A DNA stretch of 63,595 nucleotides, counting the filler, from Cladosporium halotolerans (lineage: Eukaryota): assembly GCF_011745625.1 (NCBI RefSeq). It is 14 parts of 14 records of this genome, joined end to end, with 100 filler letters (N's around TTAATTAATTAA, not from the genome) between each part and the next. Parts side by side here need not be neighbours in the genome. Positions count along the whole stretch, not along the records: positions 46,129 to 50,483 come from NW_027191695.1; positions 50,584 to 54,897 come from NW_027191696.1; positions 54,998 to 59,273 come from NW_027191697.1; positions 59,374 to 63,595 come from NW_027191698.1; 10 more parts are not named here. The stretch is one strand, 5' to 3'. Under the pieces are notes generated by a model that was not told the origin of the DNA, ran no database searches, and worked only from the letters and a program-made list of their open reading frames with translations. A program made the translations under genes and the position numbers. Shown piece after piece: positions 48,038 through 59,725 of this stretch. Numbering within the stretch: position 1 is the first letter of the stretch; every line of letters starts with the position of its first letter.

Positions 48038-48624
48038 AGCATTAAAAGTTGACGATGTCGATGCCTTGCCGTTACAGAAGGAGCAGGAAGAGACTGATAA
48101 ATATATCCTCCGTAGGACAGAACATGGTAGGGCAGTTCGGAAGTTGATCGATATCCGCCTTTGGAGGTCGAAGCACGAGAGCTCCACTGTCCACGGATTT
48201 GGACCTGTTTGAACCTGAGTCTAATGTGAACTGGGAACCACGCACCTATCATGCACTGCAACGTACTCGAATCATGACACGATGCTGATCCTTCCGCACT
48301 CAGGAAAGTCACATCTTCGTCTTGTAACTTAAATTACAGCAAGATCATTCGGAGCAAACGATTGCCGCGAATCAAGCAGTGCGGCGACGGGGAAGCGAGC
48401 GCTAACGTTACTATTGTTGCAAAATGCCGTCGTCGCTGAAGGCAGAAAAGTGGAGTTCCTCCGGCAACACCTTACTACAAATCTGCGACAAGGTGAGACT
48501 GAGACATTCATCGTCAAGTTGTTCAGGTCAGGACATTTGCTCGATGTTCGGAACCTTTGTCGCTTCCGCCGTGATGAAATACGTTCGTATCACATGCTAG
48601 CCAACGATTTCGATTGCCCAACAA

Positions 48625-49991
48625 CTAGGGTTGTAGTTCCGCATTGTCTAAAGGCCAGTCTTGTCGAATTTGGGAAACCGCCACTTCCTCAAACGCAATA
48701 CCTCTCAACCTCTTCTTCACTTGTGAGTTGCCAGTCAGATTCACTTTGACGTACTCATACAGGCGAGGACTGACCGCCAGCTCGCTCCAGCTTCTCATCA
48801 GTCGACGCCAATAGCACGCCTCGGCTGCAAGGGTCAGGTATCGATCACGAAAAGTTGCGACCGCATTGTCCGCGATGCGCTGGGCCGCCTCCCTGTCTCC
48901 AAACAAGTACCGTATCTTTGTTTCGATGTCGGAGAAGTCTCGTCTCACAGATCAAAGTTCTGGTCGGGCCCATCAGGATTCAAGAGGTGATAGTAATGCG
49001 TCGTCCACTCGAGCTCATGGACAAAGGTCACGCTCCTGCAATTCAGCAGGTACTTCAGGCGTCCAGACCACGAGCGGCCTTCAGTATGTACAAGAAAAGA
49101 GTAGGAGCAAAAGTCTTCTGTGGATATAAAACCCGAACGTGTCGACCAATCAAATTCAGCCACATCGGCCCAGGATTTGTCTCGCGTCGCTTCCACAAGA
49201 TTACCTCTCACTTCACGATTTGTCCAAGTGGCGCCTCGCCACACCAATTTCGGGATCTTTTCTTGGATGATTTCGTTCGCTTCTTTGCCGTGCAAGCGCA
49301 TATCGGCGAAAGAACCCGCAACACCCTTCCAAGACCAGTAGTTGAAGTCAGGTACCAGAAATATGCCGTCGTGAGCAGGGTCGCCGGACTTCCGAGAGAA
49401 AGCCCATAGCACGGACTTATCTCCATTCTGGCCACCGACGATGTCCGGTCGATCTTCAACGCTGAGTGGGAACTCGATGTCTGGGAGATTTTCTCCCGAC
49501 GCAGTGGCCCCGAGAAGGGCGCGGTGGATTTGCTGCCATACGGCCAAGGCTCGCTCGGGCAATTGCGAACCTTCAACGCCGAAGATGCCTTTGGTTTGTA
49601 GGATACGAAGTCGGTTGTTGTGAATCAAACACCGAGAGACACCACCTCCCCAGCGATCGAGTGAGGTGTCATTGATGGTTATCTGGCGCGGGAGTTGACT
49701 GGTCCAGAACGCATGCGCCCGATCGATCTCGCGCCATAAGTTTGGAAAAGCCGCGTCGCATTGTTTTGAATCGAATGCAATGTTTTCGGAGTGCTTGTCT
49801 GCATCATAGCGCCATTCTGTCGTATTGCCAGCTTCTGTGAATGTCTTTGACGTCGCATGAGGACGTGGCGGCGACGTTCCGGTATTGCTTAACAAAACAC
49901 ACGTGTGCGAAACAATACCGCTTTGAACAATGTAGACGATGATGAGCACAGCGAGAAGTGCTCTGATCATGGGGTACGCGAGGAATTTCAT
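48625..49991 (-). pseudogene. Glycosyltransferase family 90 (CAP10/KDELC-like) with a 1-bp frameshift
   Basis: Signal anchor MKFLAYPMIRALL..., QCDAAFPNL, PDIEF, LVPDFNYWSW, KLVWRG, HTEGRSWSGRLKYL. One base missing near 48952 separates GPDQNF from VRRDFSD...FRDRYLT.AAEACYWRRL. Confidence 0.88.
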
Positions 49992-50583
49992 TGAATGAAA
50001 ATACGTGGTCGGGTGGCAAAGAATCTGGCCAAGTTGTCTGGGTGCCGTTGGTGTCGTGAGGCCACGAAGACATGAGTGGGATGGAAAGATGGATCGGCCA
50101 GGTTGTGGAATGTGGTTCTTTTGAGTTGTCAAGATGCCCAGCTCTTGGCTGCTGCAATAGTAACTTACCCCTTGTTCGCTGGAGACGTCTTCCGGCAGAT
50201 CCGCGGTTTCGCGAGAAGGGATAATGTGGCGCGGGGCACCAGTTCACGAGCTCCTCTTCGATTGGCGGTGCCAACCGCTTCGCTACAGGAGCGACAAGGA
50301 TATTAGACTTTCAGAGGCTTGAATAGAGTAAGTTCAGTCTGTAGCCCTCCGTAGAATCTTTTGCCGCGACCCATCACTACTGGTTTCAAACAGCACGCAG
50401 AGGCGCACGTTAAGACTGCCATATATACCGGCGTCACCAATCTTTAGTATGCACAGCGACTGGAACAGGCGCTGTTTTACCAGNNNNNNNNNNNNNNNNN
50501 NNNNNNNNNNNNNNNNNNNNNNNNNNNTTAATTAATTAANNNNNNNNNNNNNNNNNNNNNNNNNNNNNNNNNNNNNNNNNNNN

Positions 50584-50711
50584 GATTCGACATGTGCAGC
50601 TCCCACTCAATCATGCACATCCTGGTGGTCTGCGCCGCTGTTATTCAGATGTTGGGGTATCTGGAAGCCTTCGACTATGCTTACTCAAAGATTAGTTGCT
50701 CGGCCTCTTGA
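50584..50711 (+). CDS. 3' end of a PAQR/HlyIII (Izh-like) membrane receptor (5'-partial)
   Basis: FDMCSSHSIMHILVVCAAVIQMLGYLEAFDY...C; SH..xH motif of the last PAQR helix. Confidence 0.75.
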
Positions 50712-50941
50712 GTTGGTATCTGTCGTAGAGCCTCTCATCACCGCGACGAGCGGCAACCTCCCAAGCTAGGTGGCGAGGCTCCCGTGAGAGACATGTCCTG
50801 GGATGGCAATACGCTTGCCAGATTTTTCGGCAGATGTTGGTAGCCTGGTAGGTCCTCCATAGACTAGGTCGTTAGAAGACCATCGATATGCCCGAATTCA
50901 ATACCAGATTTATTGTCTGTCGGCGGTCAAGATCCTTGTAC

Positions 50942-51067
50942 GTATCTCTTGGCACTTCGCTCTAATAACGGATGTCGCACGTGATGCCAAGAGATACAGT
51001 AATCACGAAGGCTCTTCCTGATTACTGTATCTCTTGGCACTTTCGAAAGTAGCACGTGATACCAAGA
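50942..51067. repeat. Compound inverted repeat
   Basis: Perfect 21-bp arms at 50985-51005 and 51019-51039; extra copies of gtatctcttggca (50942) and gcacgtgat.ccaaga (50977, 51052). Confidence 0.9.
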
Positions 51068-52119
51068 AGTCCAGCTATTGCGAAGCTCACAGATGATTCA
51101 AGCTTCTTCCATCACTGGGTCTTGGCCAGTGACGAGGTCTACCTGTGCATGGTGCTGCTTATGAATCCGGCATTGGCAACAGAACCGAAAGACCTCAACA
51201 ACTTGGATAAGGCGCACACAGCGAGAAAAGTAGGGGAGAACCAAACGGTACTTCGCGTCCAGCAGTGGAGGTGACATCATGTGCAGGTGCTCTCGTCATG
51301 CCTCTCACGGCGAGCAGCTTCAACTGTGAAAGCTCATCAGGCCTCATGGGATCCTTCAGGTACTGATCTGCCGAACGCTTGCGGTAATTTATGCCGTTCC
51401 TGCTTTGTCGTCGATTTCGTGGAGAAGCTATATGCACCCTTGTGGCTTACAGGCGTCACCGACTGTCCGTCTGGTGCAGCATGGCGACGTATCGGAATTG
51501 TAGCCAGATCAAAGGGGCTACGACCGGTGAAGCGGCCAGCCAACCAGTCGAGAGCTTTGAAGTTGTACTGACTCGTGGCGTCGGACCCAAATTCCAGCCG
51601 CTTAGCCGCGCGATACATGACTGTGGTCCTGCAACAACGTTAATGTGATCGTTGATGGTGCAATCTGCTGTGTTGACTGTGTTTCGCACCATGCGCATCA
51701 CTCAATCACACAAGCATCTCAAATATGTCTTACACGAGGAAGCGCGGACGGAACTTGCCGATCAAGCTGCAGTCCTTGGGTGAGGCTGATCGGAAAGCTC
51801 GAACGTCAGCTCGTCCGCTCGCTTAGGCATGATGTAGGGGTTAGCCCACCCTGGGCAGAAGATCGGCTTCTGCGCGTCAGGTTTCCAGGAGGTAATCTAA
51901 GACTCATCCCTTCCACGGTGATCCCGCTTCACTCATGATAATACCTAGCCACGGTAGGAGTATAGATTTGGAGCTCTTCTACCAGGATTCATGCAGAATC
52001 TGGTGGCAGCGTTGAAGCCTCGCAAGGCTCCTTCATCCTTCAAGCTCCAACTCCATTCTGAGAGCACCAAGTGTGCCATCAAGCCCTCCCACTCGTTCAA
52101 GTCCAACAGCACAAGTGCC

Positions 52120-53268
52120 ATGGCAGAGGCTGGATCCGCTCAACCCCATTTGGACCTGACTTCCGAAAGATCCTATGGCGGTGATCTTGACAAGTTGTCC
52201 GCCTTCATTGAGGAAGCACAAGCATTGTCTGAACGTGGCTACGACACACTGCAGAAGATCACCACCCAAATCCAAGACGAGAAGGGGAATCTGACGAGTA
52301 CAAGATTGCGGAACATTGCCAAGGTCTCCCGAGTCCTTCAAAACCAAGTGTGCGGATTATTACTCTTCGAATAGATTGATCACCGCTTCGACATCCCCCA
52401 AGACGCTGGCAATGAATTGTTGACTATATGGAGCAAGATAAAGAATATCTACTTTGACCAGATTCCTTCCCTCTGCAATTCCGAGAGTTGTAGAGCGATC
52501 GAGCCTCTCAAAGTAAGCTTTGGCATGGTCGAAGCGCGGTTCTTGGAGCTCGAGGCCGACTACATCGAATATGGGACACTCCCAAGTGGAGACTTCCACG
52601 ACGAGATAATATCGACCCTCAAAGAGACGCACTCCCAGCATGCCAATGCACAAGATTTGTTGCGGTTGTCAAAAAGGCTCGATCCTGGCGATTATGACAC
52701 GCTCGACATCCATACTGTAGCAAAGTATGCTGAAAGAATTTGTAGCCTATCTGGCATCGAATATCGGGACTACAGCATTTCCATCGATGAGGATTCCAAT
52801 GAAAATGTTCATGCGTGGCATGGTCTTGGACGAATATTCACAGGTGCATCCAGAATTGTTGCTGAAAGCCTTGTAGTAAAATCAGAGCGGCTGCATGCCA
52901 ACCCTTTCTACAGGACATCGCACCCGGAATTCCTTCTCAAGCGAGCAGTCTGCTGCTTTAGCTACGGCCGTGGCTTGAAGTTGTCAATGTACTACATCGG
53001 GTACGGCAACCGAATCAACAGTCGCACAACCGATCTCGACAAGCTTTGCGTTCAGGTTGGGGAGGAACTTCAGCGTGAGGCTGAGGGAAGTCTGGCTGGA
53101 CGATGTTCTTTCCAAACTCAGGAAATTCACATGTGGTCCGAAATACTTTCACCCCGCGCGATGCTGCAACGAGCTCGGGAAATAGAAGGAATCTCACTAT
53201 CCCTGCTTGACATTTTCATATGGGCACTAGCACTGATCGCGGTCATTGCTCTGATGCCAAGTGTATAA
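52120..53268 (+). pseudogene. Hypothetical protein with C-terminal transmembrane tail, interrupted by one in-frame TAG
   Basis: ORFs 51991-52374 and 52417-53268 are in the same frame; TAG at 52372-52374; no convincing frame-preserving intron; ends IFIWALALIAVIALMPSV. Confidence 0.5.
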
Positions 53269-53849
53269 CTTGAGGCACTTCACCAAATTTACATCCAAAG
53301 TCGCACGAGCGAGCAAATGGCACAGATAAAAGGTCTACCGTCTTCTCTGCTGGCAGTCTCGCGCTGTAAGAGCACCTTCATCGATATCTCACTCTTGCAG
53401 ATATCTCGAAGAATGGAGTGGCACGCGGGAGAGTCCGCTGAATCTGATGTGTGGCGCTAAGGCAACGCAATCTGGGATCGACTCCAACCACTGGGACCTG
53501 CATTCAACGGCGCCAGGCGACACGGTTATCCCAGGTGTACGACGTGTAAGACCCGGGTTCCCGTCGGTTCGATCGGCAGCCGACACCACCCTATTCCAAC
53601 AACGTTCGCCCTCCTTGAGCGTGTCGAAGCCTTGCTTCCGGGGGCAGTGTACGCCTCGTGATGACAGGTCAAATGCAAGCAGCACGCGTGCCGATTCTCC
53701 CACCTTACATAAAGATTGGCGCAATCGTTTGAGGCATGGAGGGGACCGGAGACTTCTCCGTACTTCATTCATCTGAAGTAGGCCTCACGAGGCAATTGTT
53801 CCATAGATAGAAATGTTAAATAAGTACAGTACAAAGAACAGCATGAATC

Positions 53850-54527
53850 GTGGCGGAATGTGTCAATCAACGATATCTTCCGTGCGTCCTGACCCCACCG
53901 CCGGATTTTAAGGATATTGGCTACACCTTCGCGTCAGGGATCTCAGAGTCATGGCACGCAGGTTGCGATCAACTAGAGTGTGATTGCCATGCTAATTGGC
54001 TAGAAGATGCAGAAACGGCTTGTGACGAAGTGGCGCTATTTTTTGCCAAGAGTATCAGAGACGAGGGCGGCGCGGCGCCTACACGACTCCCCTTCATAAG
54101 CCGTGCGGTTCTTCAAATGCATGGTGTGTCCGTCAAGCATGAGCAAAGTGAATTTCGAGTGTTAAACATGGACGCAGATTTACGTACATGGAAAAAGCTC
54201 TTCAACATATGTGATGCAGCTCACATCGCTTTGCGAAACATCTTGACGAATCACGGCCACCTCTTGAATCAACCACACTATGGCTTGCCCGACGATCGAT
54301 CCGAGCGAGAGGGAGCGTTTGATAGTCCAGAGGGCATTCTGAATGAGGAGTTGTCTGTTATCGCGACACTGGGCGCAGACTTTCATCCGCATCCGTCAGC
54401 TATTGAGACTGTACAACTGAGCACTGTAAGTCCATTGGACGCGCCGAGCTCGATCACAGCGACCCAAGCTGTGGCTTTGGTGGTCGTGGGAAGTCTTTCT
54501 GGAAGCGCGGCCTGTTGGGGTGTCTGA
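53850..54527 (+). CDS. Hypothetical protein or fragment
   Basis: 225-aa ORF with globular-looking composition; no family recognised. Confidence 0.3.
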   Translation: MAECVNQRYLPCVLTPPPDFKDIGYTFASGISESWHAGCDQLECDCHANWLEDAETACDEVALFFAKSIRDEGGAAPTRLPFISRAVLQMHGVSVKHEQSEFRVLNMDADLRTWKKLFNICDAAHIALRNILTNHGHLLNQPHYGLPDDRSEREGAFDSPEGILNEELSVIATLGADFHPHPSAIETVQLSTVSPLDAPSSITATQAVALVVVGSLSGSAACWGV

Positions 54528-54997
54528 CTGTCGTGTTGTGCGTTGGGCGCGGCGAGCTTGGTGGCTGCGGTACGGGCAGCAGTCCGGGCAGCAGTCCGGG
54601 CAGCAGGTTTAGGTGTCGGCCCTGGTATGTATTTCGTGCACACCATGAGCCGTGTCCAGATCTCGGCGCGTTGGTCAAAGCAGCGCACTATTCTGCTCCG
54701 TTGAAGGGTTTGCTTTCCGGACGCGACGCGTGGGAGTTCCTCGGCTCGTGGAGAAGCGCGACGTGGGGTGGAGAGTTGACTTGCCAGAATGAGTTGCATG
54801 TCGCAGGCCGAGGCACTTTGGGAATCCAAGTCGCAGATCGCAGGACAAGCTTGCCAAGACACTAGATAGAAAGGCCCGGTCTACCAGGCCGCGCGCCNNN
54901 NNNNNNNNNNNNNNNNNNNNNNNNNNNNNNNNNNNNNNNNNTTAATTAATTAANNNNNNNNNNNNNNNNNNNNNNNNNNNNNNNNNNNNNNNNNNNN

Positions 54998-55188
54998 TGC
55001 TCTTCTGCCTGACGCTGTTGCTCTTCTGCCTGACGCTGTTGCTCTTCTGCCTGACGCTGTTGCTCTTCTGCCTGACGCTGTTGCTCTTCTGCCTGATGCT
55101 GTTGCTCTTCTGCACGTCTTTGTCCCTCCAGGGCCTTTGCAAGTTGTTCGCGCAAGTCGCCGTAGTCCGATACATTATTGTTGGCCAT
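54998..55188 (-). CDS. N-terminal coiled coil with 21-bp heptad repeats (AEEQQRQ)n, like the start of Spok-family proteins; 3'-partial
   Basis: MANNNVSDYGDLREQLAKALEGQRRAEEQQHQ(AEEQQRQ)n; ~5.5 copies of ctcttctgcctgacgctgttg at 54998-55113. Confidence 0.55.
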
Positions 55189-56937
55189 TATGTTCGATTC
55201 TTTAGGAGAACCGGCGGTGGGTCGGTCGAGTCAAACCACTGGCCGAAGTGGCACAGAAAATAATTTGGTTGTCAATCACCGTTTGATGGGTGAGAACAGG
55301 CCAAAAGAGCGGTACCTTCCATATTGATTGCTGTTTGCTTGATACCAAGTCTCTAGGCTGCAGCCTCAACTTACGAACGCGTCGTGTTGGGCCCTCTTTC
55401 AGCCGGGCCGGGCCGTTTCCCCGCACGCAGATGGCACGTGTGGACATGCATCAAGCATCCTGACTTCTTTTATTTTAGGGTAGTGAGGATCATATCGCAC
55501 TCTCGAGGTTCGCACTTCCCAGCCACCAGACCACGCGTTGCTTGCACAAAGTAGCTCAGAGGCAGGTCTAGCGATACGCTGCGGCCTTCCGCTCCATCTC
55601 ATAGCTTCTGCATCTGCTCCTTGTTCTCTCATCCTTGCAGCACTGGGAAATGCAGTCGTCGCTTGTTGGCCCTCTTAGGTGATGCAATGGCCCCTGAAAC
55701 AGGCTTCATCGACCCGCGAGTCGCCTTTGATCGGGAAGCGCGCCAGAGCCGACATTGCTCCACCCAAGGCGCGACCTTGACACAACATCTTGCTTCCTCC
55801 GATGCACCACGACAGTGCACCCATGAAGTCAACCGCACTGTAGCAATGTTCGCTCAGCGCACATTTACGATGCACGCGTGCCTGTTACCCAAAACCTATA
55901 TTCCGAAGCCTGATCGTTCAGCCCACCGCTCCATGGGCTCTTTTCCCGCCCAACCTACAGCGGTCCCTTTCTCTGAAAAGGGGCATACATCTAGGCTTCG
56001 AACCAGCCACGGCAAGACTCTCGAGCAACAACGCACTGCCACCACAGCTCCTTCGCCGATGGTACGCCTTGCTATTCGTCACGGAAAGGCTCACGTCAAG
56101 GTCGACCGGGTTGCACACAAAGCTTGGAAGAGAAGGCTCATCGCGAGATACGGCGTCGGCGGTTACAATAACAATGTGGCTTGAGGGACGGCTTGCCCCC
56201 CTCGCAGCCTCTATGGTTGCTAGGGTAAGTCGACAGATTATGAGAGCGCCGATAAAAGCGCGGCTTGCAAATTCTCCACCAGACTTCCTGGTTCACGTCT
56301 TGTCATGTCGCGGTCGCAGATGGGACTGCTAGGTATTACATCTAAAATTGTTCCGTGGTGTTTCTCCCACTCAGGACCGCTAATCCCGAATGAGGTGGCA
56401 AAATAAGTGTGCCGACGTAGCCAAGCAAATCACAACAGAGACGGGGGGTGATGATGCCTTCGCGGGCCGGATTTTTTGATGAGACGTGAACACCAGCAAT
56501 GTGACTGCACATCAGCATGACTTTGGAACACTTCGTTTTTCGACAGATGGAGAACAAGAGGTTTTACCCCTGTAGCCCGTGGCCCCGCCATTGGAAGGCT
56601 GTGCCTGGAGAAGAATCGGTTCATTCGAACAACACCACCCTTGCAACGTGTTACCGGACATGACGCATAGCTCCGCTTTTTGCATCTTCCCTCGATGCCA
56701 TAAATGGGTGAGGTCTCACTCAGGCGGGCCTGATTTCAAGTCTGTCGTTCCTCATGCCTGCTCGTCCTGCTTTGGTCTACTAGCAGTCTCGGCGAAAGGC
56801 TCATAGCGCCATCGACTCGGACCGACATTCGCTCAAAAACTCTGGCGCTTCTTCACAAGAGCCTACTGCGAGACTTCACCTTACTACTTCCATCAGGCTA
56901 CGTCGACACGAAGATCCCTCTCCGCGCGGTTGCAGCA

Positions 56938-58719
56938 ATGCTACTTTTTTGGGAGGCGGCTCTTTTCCTGACCCTTGCAAATTGCTGCTCTGCTCAGTCA
57001 GCACACGTATCCCTACCCGACCAGATTCCCTCCACCCGGAACCAAAGTTTTGTTCCAATAGCCGGATCCGCTAGCGATGGCGTCGGCTATCGAAGAGAAG
57101 GCCATGCGTTGCGAGAAAATGAAGATTAATGGAACATATATCTTCTCGGTCTCGCCCGGTTCAAAGAGGCGGACGGGAGCGATCCCATGTCATACTACCA
57201 GATTGCTGCCATCCACGGCCAGCCGTATGTTGCTTGGGACAACAACGAGCCGTGCGATGGCTGCGCCTCCTCAGGGTACTGCACCCATCAGTCGACCCTG
57301 TTTCCGACCTGGCATCGCGCTTATATGGCGCTCTTCGAGCAGGCGCTGTCGCTGAATGCGATGTCTGTAGCCAAGCAGTTCACCGGCGATGAACGTGGCC
57401 GTTATGTACGAGCTGCCAAACGTCTCAGACTGCCATTCTGGGACTGGGCCAAGCTTCCTTTGGAAACTGCAGACTCTTTCCCTCGAGTGTTCACCGACGA
57501 AGAAGTGCTCGTCACTACTCCCTCAGGTCGTGCGAACATCACCAATCCCCTAAAGAGCTATGTGTTCGGACCAAATGAAGACTACAGTTTCATGAACGCC
57601 AACGAAACATACAGACGGCCAACTTTTGCCGTCAGTGACATCCTTCAGCTGCGTGCTGATCTTTGGGCTGCGCTGTCATCTGGTCAGCCCTATCCGGACT
57701 TCAGCACCGAAGCCAGGCTCGATGGTGCCAACAAGGGGACAAAAAGTCTGAACCCCAGCAATTTGGAGGCGATACACGACCACGTGCATGTTCTTGTCGG
57801 AGGTCACATGAGTGTCGTCTCACAAGCGGCTTTTGATCCTATTTTCTGGCTGCATCACACAAATGTGGACCGGATACTCGCCATCTATCAAACCGCCTAC
57901 CCTGACGAGTGGGTTTCTCAATCTGTGGAAGCCGCTTCTTCCATGTGGTATACTTCCGGCACGGTCACGGATGGGAACACCAGCCTTCAGCCCTTCCGAT
58001 CGAGTTCGAAGAACGGATTCTGGACTTCCAACGCATTGCGTTCCACACGTGCGCTGAACTACACGTACGAAGGTCTCGGCGAGGAGAATGTGACATCCGT
58101 GATCAACGGCCTCCATACTGGGAAGATTTCGGTCGCTGGGCCAGATCAAGAGGTCCACGGCGGCCTGGCCAAGAAAAGTGATGAAGTTCACGGTGTTATG
58201 TCATGGCTCGACGACGGCCAGGCGGCCGGTCCCCCAATCAAGCTGACGAAGCATTTCGCCAGCATTCAACTTGACTCCGGAGCTCTGAACGGATCCTTTA
58301 CCATCTTTCTTTTTGACGGGGACTTCAACAAGACCAACCCCACGGAGTGGCGGAAGAGTAGAAGCTTGATGGGGTTCCACGGCTTTTTCCTCTCGGGCTC
58401 GCTCTTCAATCCTGGCTTTCAACTGCGTGCAGGTGTCTCCATTCCCGACAGGTCTTTCCCGCCCGACCTTCCAGAGAGGTCAGGAATAGCCCAGAGACGT
58501 GATTTTGGCACCATCAGCGACCTTGCCAGACAAAGATTCGACTGGCGCATAGTTGATGCAGACGGTTGCATCAAGGATGCCAGGAATTTGCCTGGCGTGG
58601 ATGTCAGCATCATCCGTTCCGAAGTTCACTTGCCTTGCGATGAAGCCAGTCTGCCTGTTTGGGAGGACTTCACCGTGGTGGAAATGCTCACTGACCGAAA
58701 CAAAGCCGAGTGTCACTGA
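56938..58719 (+). pseudogene. Secreted tyrosinase with a single premature stop
   Basis: Signal peptide from 56938 is in frame with 57187-58719; TAA at 57127-57129 in NED*WNIYLLGL. CuA IHGQP..YCTHQSTLFPTWHR, CuB EAIHDHVH..GGHM..AAFDPIFWLHHTNVDR, YTY motif and C-terminal domain all present. Confidence 0.9.
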
Positions 58720-58882
58720 GCTCGTGGCCGAATCAGCGGCCGGAGGTCTGACTTCGTTGTGTTACGTTGACACGTGATCCTAATCCACATGTACACCAAT
58801 AGTCTCGCTCACAAAGAAAATCAATTTATACAGCTAAGCTTGCAATCCCTACAGCATGTACGATGCCGCACACTTCGTTCGA

Positions 58883-59273
58883 TCATGGCGCCCAATTCGC
58901 TCCCTCGCAAGTCGTCATACCCTGCGCAAAGTCAACCACACGATCCCAGATCCATCCTGATGTAACTCCAGGCTTAGCCCTTCCCAGCCTTAGATGGACG
59001 TGTGTCTTGCATGATCCATCTTTGTCATAGGAAAATTGCATGCATTCTGGATCCGCCATGCACTTGTGTCTACCTTCATCAATTGAAGAGGCGATCATCG
59101 ATCGGTCCTCGCTCAAATTATCCCAATTTCCCTTGACGGACTTCATCCGAGGCATGGCAAATTTGGTAAAGATCTCTATGTGACGCAAGACTTTTTTCCC
59201 CTGCGAAGCGTTAGGTCAGTATCCGCATTCCAAGGGATCTAGGACAAACTAGCACCCACCGGGTTTTGGTTGA
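58883..59273 (-). CDS. 3' end of a GT31-like fungal glycosyltransferase (5'-partial)
   Basis: Intron with acceptor at ~59201, then GKKVLRHIEIF..F.MPR...NWDNLS...C.ADPECMQFSY..GSC...RLG...SGW..DRV..F...C...W. Confidence 0.7.
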
Positions 59274-59373
59274 NNNNNNNNNNNNNNNNNNNNNNNNNNN
59301 NNNNNNNNNNNNNNNNNTTAATTAATTAANNNNNNNNNNNNNNNNNNNNNNNNNNNNNNNNNNNNNNNNNNNN

Positions 59374-59725
59374 TTTTATTCATGTTGCATTCAAGCTAAA
59401 TAGCTTATGTCACGTCGGCTATCTTCTCAACGACTTCTATGGCATCCTGGTGTGCTCTCGCGTTGACCTTTTGCAGTACAGTTATGCTGGCCGTCCCGAA
59501 CTCCACCAAGCCACCACAGCTTTTGGGCTTCTTGCCCTCCTACTTTCTTGTCTTTGTCATTCCTCATCTTTCCCCTCATCCACGCCCGCTCTCCTCCGCC
59601 ATCTCTCCCTCTTCAGCCCCGATCTAATCGTTCGATATCCCACGAATCATCTTGGGCCCCTTCTCCAGGGATTTTCTTGCCCATCTCTGTATCTTCGAGG
59701 AACTGAAGCACTCCTGCCGCGGCTT
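59374..59725 (-). mobile_element. 5'-truncated 3' end of a family A-like LINE
   Basis: VLQFLEDTEMGK...WDIERL and the 3' UTR gccatagaagtc...agaagatagc.gacgtg.cataagct match ~21975-22290. Confidence 0.8.

Noticed and set aside
55399..56806. Short ORFs between the heptad gene and the tyrosinase
   Set aside because: No recognisable motifs or consistent splice pattern; likely intergenic.
4632..59373. TTAATTAATTAA motif recurring every ~4.5 kb and ORFs ending in X..LIN
   Set aside because: Artificial contig linkers, not biology.
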